DNA from: Candidatus Heimdallarchaeota archaeon
Lineage (GTDB): Archaea > Asgardarchaeota > Heimdallarchaeia > Heimdallarchaeales > Heimdallarchaeaceae
NCBI GenBank assembly: GCA_030668825.1
Contig: DAOVET010000009.1
Span: 1 to 54,605 of the forward strand
DNA length: 54,605 nucleotides
Direction: 5' to 3'
Part shown: piece after piece, positions 29,997 through 39,627 of the stretch
Position numbering within the stretch: position 1 is the first letter of the stretch
How the letters are laid out: each line of letters starts with the position of its first letter
Program-made: the position numbers and the translations under genes
The notes under the pieces: generated by a model
Told to the model about the DNA's origin: nothing
Seen by the model: the letters and a program-made list of their open reading frames with translations, nothing else
Databases searched by the model: none

Positions 29997-31268
29997 TCAA
30001 GCTCCTAGGAAACCTATATGAGTATAAACTTCTGGACTATAACCATTCTGAACTAACCAGTCATCAGCAAATAGTGAAACAAGATTTAGCACTTTAGTAT
30101 TGTATGAATAATAATCAAAGTATTCATGAAAACTCATTAATGTAGCTTCTATTTCACATCCACAAACACCTGAAATTTTATTATAATCTATTTCAAAAAG
30201 ATCAAATATTTCTGCTGATAGCTTATTGTTTGTTAATGGTATATGTATATAAGCTATACCATTATTAGAATTATATTCTAGCTTTAAAGATCTAATGTTC
30301 CATTTATAATCACTAGCCATTTGTTGAAATATATCTATACTTACTGGTTTTTTAAATGATAATAATGCAGTTGTTTTCTTAGTGGGATTTTCAGATATTT
30401 TCTCATTCAATTTTTTAATACATAACGCATTAAAAGCATTTATTGAAGAATCACTATCTAGGTTTATAGCTGATATAATTTTAAATTTATCAACAGTAAT
30501 TTGCCTTATTTCGATTTCAAAGTTAAAAATTGGACATTTTATTGTAATCATTGGTTTTGAAGGATAAATCGATAGAGGAAGATCCTCATATTTTGTTGTT
30601 TGTGTTTGTTCATTATAGTTGCTATTGCTACATAAAGTACCACTTCCTCCTCCACTACCTGGATATATTGTAAACGAGAAAGTTTGTCTCAAAAGATGGT
30701 CATAATCAGCAGCACCTCCTGTAAAACCATCTACTTCAGATGTCAACCAGTGAGAGTTTGAGTAAGTTCCAACTCCTAGCCCATCTAAAGAATCCCAAAG
30801 AGACCATACATAATAATAGTATTCAGGGAGGAGATTCACTTCTGGATCTCTTACATGTAACTCCCATTCAGGATCATCTTCTACTTCGTAGTCTACAAAA
30901 GTATCTTGTATATTTGTATAGTAGAAACCTCTATAATCAAAATAGTGCTGATTTGATCCAGATATAATTCTTTCTTCAATCTCGTGAACATATCTCGCCC
31001 AGCGTCGCCACCATTTTGAAAAATAATCCTGAAACTCTTGATCTACTTTAAAACTTGAGTAGAGCTTTAATGTAGGATACGCATATGTTTGTCCTTCAGG
31101 AATAAATGTATCATAAAATTCCGTTTGCATATAGTACATGTATGGTGAAAACTCAAAAGTATGTCCTTCATTATTGTCTTTTCGAGCTGCATTTATGTTA
31201 TTAATACTACTTATTAAAAAACAAAAAAATAAGAAATTCACGTATATAATAATTCTTTTAAATTTCAT
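29997..31268 (-). CDS. Secreted two-domain hypothetical protein (island cargo)
   Basis: Signal peptide MKFKRIIIYVNFLFFCFLISSINNINA; aromatic-rich N-domain; GSGGGSG linker. Confidence 0.7.
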   Translation of the reverse strand: MKFKRIIIYVNFLFFCFLISSINNINAARKDNNEGHTFEFSPYMYYMQTEFYDTFIPEGQTYAYPTLKLYSSFKVDQEFQDYFSKWWRRWARYVHEIEERIISGSNQHYFDYRGFYYTNIQDTFVDYEVEDDPEWELHVRDPEVNLLPEYYYYVWSLWDSLDGLGVGTYSNSHWLTSEVDGFTGGAADYDHLLRQTFSFTIYPGSGGGSGTLCSNSNYNEQTQTTKYEDLPLSIYPSKPMITIKCPIFNFEIEIRQITVDKFKIISAINLDSDSSINAFNALCIKKLNEKISENPTKKTTALLSFKKPVSIDIFQQMASDYKWNIRSLKLEYNSNNGIAYIHIPLTNNKLSAEIFDLFEIDYNKISGVCGCEIEATLMSFHEYFDYYSYNTKVLNLVSLFADDWLVQNGYSPEVYTHIGFLGA

Positions 31269-31340
31269 TTTACTCCAAACTCCGTCTTCTTACTATTCGT
31301 TGACTTAACTAAAGCTATTTAACTATATTAATATAGCTTG

Positions 31341-31499
31341 CTAAATCCTAGCACGTTCTGTTCTTTGTTGGATTTTTATCCCCCTTTTGAATTCTCAGAT
31401 TTGCCTTTAACCACTTTGTAACATGCAGAGAGATGCTATGAAGTGGCTTCAAGACATTTAGCAAATGTGAATATAGGTAATAAACATCTTCTCTGCTAA
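31341..31499 (+). pseudogene. Orphan degenerate copy of rSAM gene 3' end (direct repeat copy 2)
   Basis: LNP...SLLDFYPPFEFSDLPLTTL*HAERCYEVASRHLANVNIGNKHLLC*, with a TAT>TAA nonsense change. Confidence 0.92.
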
Positions 31500-31551
31500 T
31501 GGTTGGTTATAGTTACCAATTCTTTTATACTTAAAACTACTAGAATATACG

Positions 31552-32208
31552 ATGAAGTTTTCATTGAAATTTAGATTTTAGTTAATTTCGCTGTTATTAG
31601 TAATTCCAATTGTAACAAATAAGTCATTCTCATATAAGTATGAAAATTTAAATGTTGTTCAAACAAGAATACCAGATCTAAGTTGGCCTCCAGAATCTGA
31701 ACTAGGAAATCCAAAATATGGTGAATATACTGAATTCTTTTGTAGTATAAAATATGAGATTATTAATAATAATTCTGAATTTTCAGTTTATACAGCTGCA
31801 TTTCCATATTTTATTCCACGAATAAATGCTAGTTTTGTTGACCCAATTTTAGAAGTTGGAATTAGTTATATCTTCCTTGCTGCTTGTGGATATATCAAAA
31901 TCAAGGAAGGAATTGATGAAAAAAATAGTGGTATCAATTTCGTTGTGGAAAACTATTACAATGAGACCTTGCCTTTAGGGAATTACACTCTATGGTATGA
32001 TGTTACACATGCTGATGAACTTATACTATCTCCGTTTTATTCATTTATTAATGTTACAGAGAATCAAATCTTAATAACTCACCAAGGTACTAACAAGACT
32101 TTAACTTATCCTGAACTAGTGGAAACCAATATAACAAATTATTGTCTTGTTTCCACAATAGCAATCTTAGTAGGTTGTTTGCTTGTAAAAAGGAAAAAAA
32201 ACTATTAA
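31552..32208 (+). pseudogene. Cell-surface protein gene (218 codons) with in-frame TAG at codon 10
   Basis: ATG at 31552 is in frame with ORF 31945; signal peptide MKFSLKFRF*LISLLLVIP; C-terminal TM plus KRKK. Confidence 0.8.
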
Positions 32209-32210
32209 AT

Positions 32211-32648
32211 TCACCCAATTAACTTAAGAAAATGACTTTCACATTTGTTTTTGCAATCACTATTACCAAATCCTAGAATTGGTGAAAATTCGTTTAGCTT
32301 ATTTATGGTTTGATATATTTCACATTCCTTTTTCTGGTTTATGGAAACTGCGATACCTAGAATATCACTTGCTTTGTGCATTGTAACTTGGTCTATATGC
32401 CAATGCTTCTTCTTTTGTTTTCTAATATGTCTATGTAAACGTGAAGTTAAACCTCCAGCTCCAAAAGCACTTCCCACATAGATATAAAACCCTCTTTCTA
32501 ATTCAATTTCTTCTTCTCTAATATTAATTGTAATATTTTCTGAAATATGCAAAAATAATATATAAGTACCACTTAACCCTTGTGTAAATTCTATAAGAGG
32601 ACCTGTAAGAATAATTATCCCTCTTCTAATTCTAGTGCTTTTTCCCAA
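32211..32648 (-). CDS. GIY-YIG (Uri/DUF123) endonuclease
   Basis: GTYIL, FYIYVGSA, RLHRH, HWHID, GFGNSDC...CESH; start probably downstream of the annotated one. Confidence 0.88.
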   Translation of the reverse strand: MGKSTRIRRGIIILTGPLIEFTQGLSGTYILFLHISENITINIREEEIELERGFYIYVGSAFGAGGLTSRLHRHIRKQKKKHWHIDQVTMHKASDILGIAVSINQKKECEIYQTINKLNEFSPILGFGNSDCKNKCESHFLKLIG

Positions 32649-33652
32649 TAATCTAGTGCTTTCTCTTCTTCTCCAAGATCTTCTGAAATATCTCCAAGCA
32701 TTCTATATAATCTGGCTTCTGTTTTGTTATATCGCAAAGCATCTTCTAGATAGGAGATTGCCTTTTCATTGTCTTTTGAAGCCCAAGACAGAGAAGCGAG
32801 TGACATAGATGCTTCCAAGAAGGATGGATCTCTGCTTAAACATTCTTCATAATATCTTATAGCTTCTTCAATATTAGCTAAGGAAGCATAGATATTTGCT
32901 AAATTAAAGAATCCTAACACATTATCAAGATCTAATTCAATAACTTTGGAGAAGGAATCAATTGCCTGTATAAAATCTTGTTTTGCTTCTAAAGTCTTCC
33001 CTAGTTGAAACCAAGCTTGTAAATTCTCTTCATTAATTTTAGTTGCTGATCGAAAATAATCTTCAGCTCGATCATAATTGTCTAGATCTAAGTAAGTATC
33101 TCCAATCTGCATGAGAATCTTTTCATTTTTTGGGTCGAGTTGCTCAGCTTTCATTAGATTGTTCCAACTCTCAATCTCATTGCCCATCTTCTTGTAAATG
33201 GTTGACAAAATACTATAAACAGCTATATTTTCTTCAAATTCAAGGAAATTTGTAAATGCTTTAGTTGCATCAAAATATTCGCCTATTTCAAAATATAAAT
33301 CTCCAATTTTGTTCCAGAGAAGGTATCGTTTAGGATCTAATTCACATATTTTTTTCCATGAAGTGAGAGCTTGATCCCAGTTCTTCAAACTATAATAGGC
33401 ATCTCCCAGAAGTTCTAATGTTTCTAGATTTTCAGGATTGATTTCAATTGATCGAGTAAGATAATCGATAGCAAGTTGTGAATTACCAGTTAGATGATAG
33501 ATCTTTGCAATAAAATTTAGAAATGAAACTTCATTTTCATAATAAGAAACTTGGTTCTCCAAGAGCTCGATAGCTTCCGCAATCTTATCTCTTTCAATCA
33601 ATCTTTCAGCTTCATCGAAGATAGCGGTTAAATCATTTTCCTCGAACATCAA
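32615..33652 (-). CDS. Tetratricopeptide repeat protein
   Basis: About 9 TPR units. Confidence 0.92.
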   Translation of the reverse strand: MMFEENDLTAIFDEAERLIERDKIAEAIELLENQVSYYENEVSFLNFIAKIYHLTGNSQLAIDYLTRSIEINPENLETLELLGDAYYSLKNWDQALTSWKKICELDPKRYLLWNKIGDLYFEIGEYFDATKAFTNFLEFEENIAVYSILSTIYKKMGNEIESWNNLMKAEQLDPKNEKILMQIGDTYLDLDNYDRAEDYFRSATKINEENLQAWFQLGKTLEAKQDFIQAIDSFSKVIELDLDNVLGFFNLANIYASLANIEEAIRYYEECLSRDPSFLEASMSLASLSWASKDNEKAISYLEDALRYNKTEARLYRMLGDISEDLGEEEKALDYWEKALELEEG

Positions 33653-33754
33653 GATTTAAACAGAAATCTTCCCTTAAGAATATTGCGAAATAATGTTTTC
33701 TTTAGAACAGAAGTACAGAAAATTTTAAGTTCAACATTGGATTTAGTATTATAG

Positions 33755-34651
33755 ATGTTTCAGGTTGTTGCTAAAAGGGATGATGAAATAGGATATCAAA
33801 TTTCATTTTCAGATTTACCTGCTGAATTATCAAGGGATTCTATCGTTTTCATGCCTGAATTGTCTACAAAACAACAACAACACACAAAATATGTTTCTAA
33901 ATACACTCATACGACAGGTTATGTGATTGTAAAACTTGTTAGAAGTGATGGTTTTGATCCCTTCGGAAGACCAAAGTCATTATCTCACAGTTTTGTCATT
34001 CCTTCTGAAGAATATAACACCAATTCTTTACTTTATTACACTTCTCCTCTTCATCTCACACAGTTATTCGATGATATTAATCAAGAGGATAAAATTATCT
34101 CCCCTTACGCATTCAAAAATACGGAAAATAAAATTCTAGAAAAAATAGATTTAACTCTACTGAGAGAAATAGTTATAGCAGTTATGATCGAGCCAAGAGT
34201 TACACTTCTGCCTGATTTAGATGCACTAGGTGTTCTTGAGCTCTCAAGTTTAATAGACAAAGTTATACCTTTTGAAGCTTCTTATGACTTTTCACTAATA
34301 ACTTATTCAGATAAAAGCTGCAATAAATTCCTCGTTCATAATGTACTATATTTCTTCGGTAAGAATCAGAAGATAAAGGGAGGAATCAGCTTAAGAAATG
34401 TGAGTTCTAAAGTTAGAAAAATAGCTAAAGAAGAATCTGATTACCTTGACAATTTCATTGAAATGATTATCAAAGAAGAGTATGAACAAATCTTGGAAGA
34501 ACATGCAAAATGGGTAATTGGAATGTATTATAACGACCATAAAGATTTACAGAAGCTGTTTACCAAAAGATATCAACTAGATATCCCCTTCTCAAGGCGA
34601 AATAAGTTTCATGCTCGGCTGGTTAAATCTCTAGCTTCATTCGATAAGTGA
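33755..34651 (+). CDS. DENN/GAP1-N2-like domain protein
   Basis: GYQI..., DPFGRPKSLSHSFVIP resembles the DxxGR...SH motif of GAP1-N/uDENN. Confidence 0.5.
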   Translation: MFQVVAKRDDEIGYQISFSDLPAELSRDSIVFMPELSTKQQQHTKYVSKYTHTTGYVIVKLVRSDGFDPFGRPKSLSHSFVIPSEEYNTNSLLYYTSPLHLTQLFDDINQEDKIISPYAFKNTENKILEKIDLTLLREIVIAVMIEPRVTLLPDLDALGVLELSSLIDKVIPFEASYDFSLITYSDKSCNKFLVHNVLYFFGKNQKIKGGISLRNVSSKVRKIAKEESDYLDNFIEMIIKEEYEQILEEHAKWVIGMYYNDHKDLQKLFTKRYQLDIPFSRRNKFHARLVKSLASFDK

Positions 34652-34762
34652 GAATAATTGTTGTCGTTCCAGAAAATTGATACAAGAATGGGTTGATTGT
34701 ATTCTATTCTTAGAAAAAGGATTTAGGTTCTGTTTTTGAAGCAGATACCTTTCTTGGTTCTA

Positions 34763-35170
34763 TTAAGGTGAGTATTTTGTTTGTACTTCTTTGAATGCTT
34801 CTTTACATTTTTCCTCAGTTAAATTAGAAATAGCATATTCCATGTTTTTACTTATTCTGTTGATTAGTTCGATCAATTTTAGTTTAAGCTCTTCAACTGA
34901 CATGCTAGAGTAAAGATATTTGAATCCTCCTCTCTCCAAGTTTATCTTTGTTTTTCTAACAATACCGATACCCATCAATCTCTGTATAGATCTTGAGATT
35001 GTAGCCCTGTCTTTTGGGATGATTTTAGCAATTCCCTTTATATCAACAGGTTGGATATTTTTTATACACATCATAATCTCTAATTCATTTTCAGATAACG
35101 CGTATGCTGCTTTGATAATTTCAAAGCATGTAATATCCTTAGAATCAAAAGAAGAAAGAGGGAAGGTCAT
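34763..35170 (-). CDS. Winged-helix transcriptional regulator (COG3355/TrmB-like)
   Basis: KDRATISRSIQRL, RGGFKYLY. Confidence 0.85.
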   Translation of the reverse strand: MTFPLSSFDSKDITCFEIIKAAYALSENELEIMMCIKNIQPVDIKGIAKIIPKDRATISRSIQRLMGIGIVRKTKINLERGGFKYLYSSMSVEELKLKLIELINRISKNMEYAISNLTEEKCKEAFKEVQTKYSP

Positions 35171-35180
35171 TTTAATCAGC

Positions 35181-35561
35181 TCAGAAAGTATATGTTACGT
35201 CAGCTTCTAAAGATTCTGTAACTAAGTACATTCCACCTACAATATCATCAACTTCATCAATCAAATCTTCGCGAGTAAGATTGTACATATCCAAAACTGG
35301 ACTGCAGACGTATATTTTAACCCCAGCTTCTTTTGCTTCTTGAATGGTTTCAAGAAGAGTATTCTCTTTACCAATTGCTTTTAGCTTATCAGGTACTCCC
35401 TTCTTCAGAAGTAAACCAGCTGACATAGTATATATCATCTTAGCTTCTGCTTCAAGTAAAGCTACTAAGGTTGCTAAATGAAGAGGGGGTTCCAATCTGT
35501 CTTTAAACTCTTCTCCATGAGTTACTACAAATATAACTTTTTGAGCTGACAAGATTATCAC
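35181..35561 (-). CDS. DsrE family sulfur-relay protein
   Basis: FVVTHG, AKEAGVKIYVC, SLEADVTYTF. Confidence 0.85.
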   Translation of the reverse strand: MIILSAQKVIFVVTHGEEFKDRLEPPLHLATLVALLEAEAKMIYTMSAGLLLKKGVPDKLKAIGKENTLLETIQEAKEAGVKIYVCSPVLDMYNLTREDLIDEVDDIVGGMYLVTESLEADVTYTF

Positions 35562-36035
35562 CTAAATATACAAAGTAATGTCGGCATCAGAAGCGAATTC
35601 TAACATAGCTGCTGCACCACCAACTTCACATTCATCAATGAGCTGTTTTCGATTGATCTTCATGACATCCATAGTCATTTGACATGCAATTAGTCTGACA
35701 CCTGCTTCAATAGATAAATCCATGAGCTCCTGAAGTTTAGCAACATTTGCTCCTTTCATCCAGCTTTTCATCATTGCTGTAGCCACATCAGTCATACCTG
35801 GTAACATACCAACTATTTGTGGTATCGGCATAGGCATTGCTGTTTCTCCAGCAGGAGTTACTTTCAATTTATTCAATTTATTCTTCTTTAACATATTTAA
35901 ACCAAAGAAAGTAAAGAAGATACCTACTTCATAATCCATTGCAGCTGCAGTTGAAGCCAATATAAGTGGAGGATAAGCTCCAGGAATATCAGCTTTTGAA
36001 GCTATAATGGCCAATTTTTTCTTTTTTTCAGACAT
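35562..36035 (-). CDS. DsrE2/YrkE-like sulfur-relay protein
   Basis: ILASTAAAM, FFTFFGL, IACQMTMDVM. Confidence 0.9.
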   Translation of the reverse strand: MSEKKKKLAIIASKADIPGAYPPLILASTAAAMDYEVGIFFTFFGLNMLKKNKLNKLKVTPAGETAMPMPIPQIVGMLPGMTDVATAMMKSWMKGANVAKLQELMDLSIEAGVRLIACQMTMDVMKINRKQLIDECEVGGAAAMLEFASDADITLYI

Positions 36036-36048
36036 ATTTTATTCCTCT

Positions 36049-36288
36049 TTATTTTGTTCTTTTAATTATATAGCGATAAATCTCGTTTTCAATAGATCGA
36101 TCTGCTAATTCGTGTCCTGTAGAATTTGTCCAAGCTTTGAAGTCTGCAACTGATCCAGGATCTGTGGACAGAACTTCTAAAAACTCTCCAATTTCAATTT
36201 CTGCTATTGCTTTTCTTGTTTTCAATATAGGCAGAGGACAACTAAGATGCTTTGCATCTAGTGTTTTTGCGATTTTTATATCAGACAT
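36049..36288 (-). CDS. tusA: TusA family sulfurtransferase
   Basis: LDAKHLSCPLP, STDPGS. Confidence 0.92.
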   Translation of the reverse strand: MSDIKIAKTLDAKHLSCPLPILKTRKAIAEIEIGEFLEVLSTDPGSVADFKAWTNSTGHELADRSIENEIYRYIIKRTK

Positions 36289-36299
36289 TTTTTTTCACC

Positions 36300-37442
36300 T
36301 TACAAATAGCCCCTTATTAGAGCTTTAAAGTATACAATTTTGAATGATTTCTTGAATAATCCATATAGAAATAGGTTGTGTAAACCAATTTTTCTTGGTG
36401 GATATTTATAGCTGAATACTAACAATAATGATCGACGAAATGATGTTACAACAAAACAAACAGTAAAGCCATTGTATTTCTTGGTTGGTTCCTTCCCGTC
36501 TATTTCAAGTATCAGATTTTTTATTAATGCATCTGATGCAAAATGTGCAGCTGCTCCTGATTTGGAGATTGGTAGATTTGTGCAATCACCAATAGCATAC
36601 ATATTTTCATGATCGTTTACTTTGAGTGTAAATTTATTTGCAGAAACAAAACCTTCTCTATCTCCTAAGCCAGATTCAATAATGACTTTGTGACCTTTAT
36701 GCGGTGGAATAAGTACCAACAGATCATAATCAATCTCTTCTCCTTCAAGTGAAATAATTTTACTATTTTTTTTATCAACAGTCTCATAGTTAAAAAATTC
36801 ACCAAATTCAATTCCTCGTTCATCAAAGTTTTTTTGAACTTTTTCAGATACTCTGGGTTCAGGATATGGACGCATAAGTGGATACAAATATTTTATCGTT
36901 GTTTTATCTCGTAAATTCCTTTGTCTTAGAAATTTTTCTAGTACGAAGGTAAATTCTGCGGGGGCTGGTGGGCATTTGTATGGTACTGTAGTTGGAGATA
37001 TTACAATTGTACCTCCTTTGAAGTTCTTTAGAGCTTCTTGGAGTTTTTTTGTTGCATCTAACAAGTAGAAATGATGTATATTCTCATCATCATAGGCATT
37101 AACGCTCTCTACATCCATTTTGGCACCTGTAGCTAAAACGATATAATCATAATGAAGAGTATCTCCGTTTGCTAAAGCGATAGTTCTCTTTTCTGAATCA
37201 ATTTTCAATGCTGTTGTACGTAACCAGTTTACTTTACCGCTTAGAACTTTGTTCATAGGTTTGATGAATTTTGATTGTGGAGTGTTTTTAAATCCCAAAA
37301 AAACGAATTGAGGTTCATAGATATTGATTTCTTTTGGTTCTATTAAAATAACTTTGGCATCCTTTCTGCGCAACTTCTTTGCTAGTTTATTAGCAATTGA
37401 AATTCCAGCGAAGCCTCCTCCAACAATTACGATATTTTTCAT
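36300..37442 (-). CDS. Sulfide:quinone oxidoreductase-like FAD oxidoreductase
   Basis: GGGFAG, LATG, YKCPPAP, YAIGD...KSG, C-terminal GFTVCF. Confidence 0.85.
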   Translation of the reverse strand: MKNIVIVGGGFAGISIANKLAKKLRRKDAKVILIEPKEINIYEPQFVFLGFKNTPQSKFIKPMNKVLSGKVNWLRTTALKIDSEKRTIALANGDTLHYDYIVLATGAKMDVESVNAYDDENIHHFYLLDATKKLQEALKNFKGGTIVISPTTVPYKCPPAPAEFTFVLEKFLRQRNLRDKTTIKYLYPLMRPYPEPRVSEKVQKNFDERGIEFGEFFNYETVDKKNSKIISLEGEEIDYDLLVLIPPHKGHKVIIESGLGDREGFVSANKFTLKVNDHENMYAIGDCTNLPISKSGAAAHFASDALIKNLILEIDGKEPTKKYNGFTVCFVVTSFRRSLLLVFSYKYPPRKIGLHNLFLYGLFKKSFKIVYFKALIRGYL

Positions 37443-37453
37443 TTATTATTCCT

Positions 37454-37693
37454 CTAGTGAAGTTTCTTAACGATATATTTGTCGTGATCTTCTAGGTTGA
37501 TGATTTCAACTAATTCATGATTTGCTTTCTTAACCCATGCTGGAACATCAGTACGGGTTCCTTCATCAGAACTAAGAAGAGCTAAATGCTCGCCTACTTC
37601 AGCCTGACGAATCATTTTAATCAACTCCATCATTGGACCTGGGCAGAAAGAACCCCTGGCGTCTACTTCTATTGCTATTTCATATTCGGTCAT
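37454..37693 (-). CDS. tusA: TusA family sulfurtransferase
   Basis: VDARGSFCPGP, DVPAW. Confidence 0.92.
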   Translation of the reverse strand: MTEYEIAIEVDARGSFCPGPMMELIKMIRQAEVGEHLALLSSDEGTRTDVPAWVKKANHELVEIINLEDHDKYIVKKLH

Positions 37694-37754
37694 ACATTCA
37701 CCGTTGTTTTCGATTATGACACATCAATGCACATCCGTTTTTAAGCATTTGCTT

Positions 37755-37764
37755 TTGTATACAA
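37755..37764. promoter_or_regulatory. Palindrome TTGTATACAA just upstream of the sulfur-operon TATA-like box
   Basis: Perfect 10-bp palindrome; GGTGA SD before tusA start. Confidence 0.35.
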
Positions 37765-37849
37765 TGTTGTTTTCATATATTTCTCATGACTGATATTCGG
37801 ATCTCATTCGTGAATAGAGAAATTAATAAAGTCTAAAGTCCATCACAAA

Positions 37850-39547
37850 ATGATGAACAAGAGAGTTAAAGCCTATTCATTTTTCATTATAGTTCTGATT
37901 CTTAACTCACAAAGTCTTACACAGATGATCTCTTCAGCGTCTGTTTTTCATAGAGTAAAAGGCGACGATTCTGTTGTTTATAGATGGATATGGGAGGAGC
38001 TAGAAGGTGCACCTGGAGCAATTAACGGTGATGATGTTGTCTTTTGGGGAGATAGTTTAGGTCCTTATCACAATTATACAGAAATATCTTCAAAATTGAC
38101 TAACCTTAATTCAACATTTCCAGAATTCATTGATTTATTTTCAATCGGTCAAACCTGGCATGGGCGAGAAATCTGGTGTGTTAAGCTTACTAATGAAACA
38201 GTTACCACTTCTAAAACAGAATATTATATTGTAGGTGAACATCATGCTCGTGAGCTAATTTCAGTTGAGAACTGCCTGTATTTTATCGATAAAATCATCT
38301 ATGAAACAGGCTTTGGTCTGTATGAAAATCTTCTGTCTTCAACTGAAATTTATGTCATTCCAATGCTCAATCCAGATGGTCTATCAATCATGCATTTTTA
38401 TCCAGAACAAAGAAAGAACCTTCGACCTATTGATGATGATGGAGATAATGTTACAGATGCTAATCTAGATGGCTTCCTTGATGATGAACTGGAGCGAATA
38501 TATTTCTGGAATGACACTACAAATATATCAGAAATACTGCAAGAAGACCTAGATGGTGATTTATCAATAGCTGAGGATTTACCAGGGGGGGTAGATTTAA
38601 ACCGAAACTATGGTGCATTTTGGAATGGAACAGGTTCTTCTCCTGATGAAATTGATCCGCTGTATAGAGGACCAGAACCCTTCAGTGAAAATGAAACTCA
38701 AGCTCTTCGCGATTTCATGCAGCAACACTATTTCAATTTTGCTTTAAGCCTTCACAGTGGTATTAGAGCTATAATCCCACCTTGGGGCTACAATGGTTCT
38801 CTACCTTCAAAAGATGAAGCAGAATTTAATGCTCTAATGTTTCAGCTTAAATCCTTAACACTCTATCCGTATTGGAATGAAACTGGAGGTTATCTAGCAA
38901 ATGGTGTGTGGGAGGATTATAGTTATCTATATCATGATATTATTTGTTTTACTTTGGAGGTTTATGAATCCGTCTGGAATGGGTATTACTTTGATTACTT
39001 CAATCCCTCAGGAGATGGAATCCTTAGTAACTGTGAAAATGTATTTAATGCTCTAGTTTTCATGGCGGAAGGTCCTCAATTAACATATTCAAACAGCTTA
39101 CCTTCTATAAAAGTCACAAATCCAAGAAGTCCCAACCAGGTTTTCGAAAATTATACGATTAGCTGGTCAATGTCAGATGAAGATGAAGACAGTTTGAATT
39201 GTTCTGTAATGGTATCTCCTGATGGGTACGATTGGACTGTATTGGCAAGTAACCTTATTAACGAAACAAGTTTTTTCTGGGATGTTCATGATTTTCAACC
39301 CGGATTTTACTATCTCAAAGTTGCAGTTTCTGATGGAAAAAATTGGATAACAGATACTGGTGAGATAAGATTAAACGTTAACAAAGAAGCTGAAGGATCC
39401 CAATTTAGTTTCTGGTTATTAGCAATTCTGTTTGGAGGGTTAGCTACAATCTTCATATTCTTCAATATCCGTAAACAAAAAGGTGTTAGCAAAGTATGGA
39501 GCGGAGAACTTTACGAAGATGAACAGATAGAAGACGGTGAAAAATAG
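37850..39547 (+). CDS. Secreted, membrane-anchored M14 zinc carboxypeptidase
   Basis: Signal peptide; HHARE, RKN, DLNRN, LSLHS, TLEV; Ig-like domain; C-terminal TM. Confidence 0.92.
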   Translation: MMNKRVKAYSFFIIVLILNSQSLTQMISSASVFHRVKGDDSVVYRWIWEELEGAPGAINGDDVVFWGDSLGPYHNYTEISSKLTNLNSTFPEFIDLFSIGQTWHGREIWCVKLTNETVTTSKTEYYIVGEHHARELISVENCLYFIDKIIYETGFGLYENLLSSTEIYVIPMLNPDGLSIMHFYPEQRKNLRPIDDDGDNVTDANLDGFLDDELERIYFWNDTTNISEILQEDLDGDLSIAEDLPGGVDLNRNYGAFWNGTGSSPDEIDPLYRGPEPFSENETQALRDFMQQHYFNFALSLHSGIRAIIPPWGYNGSLPSKDEAEFNALMFQLKSLTLYPYWNETGGYLANGVWEDYSYLYHDIICFTLEVYESVWNGYYFDYFNPSGDGILSNCENVFNALVFMAEGPQLTYSNSLPSIKVTNPRSPNQVFENYTISWSMSDEDEDSLNCSVMVSPDGYDWTVLASNLINETSFFWDVHDFQPGFYYLKVAVSDGKNWITDTGEIRLNVNKEAEGSQFSFWLLAILFGGLATIFIFFNIRKQKGVSKVWSGELYEDEQIEDGEK

Positions 39548-39627
39548 TTTTCTAGCTGTGTAGCTAGCAAATTTTTTAAATTAAGTAAATAAGATATATT
39601 AAAGGAAAGGGTCAAAGGGGTTTCAAA

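Noticed and set aside
32211-32648. GIY-YIG nuclease as the mobiliser of the adjacent island
   Set aside because: DUF123 is a widespread archaeal housekeeping-type family; it is coupled to the TPR gene and lies outside the repeats
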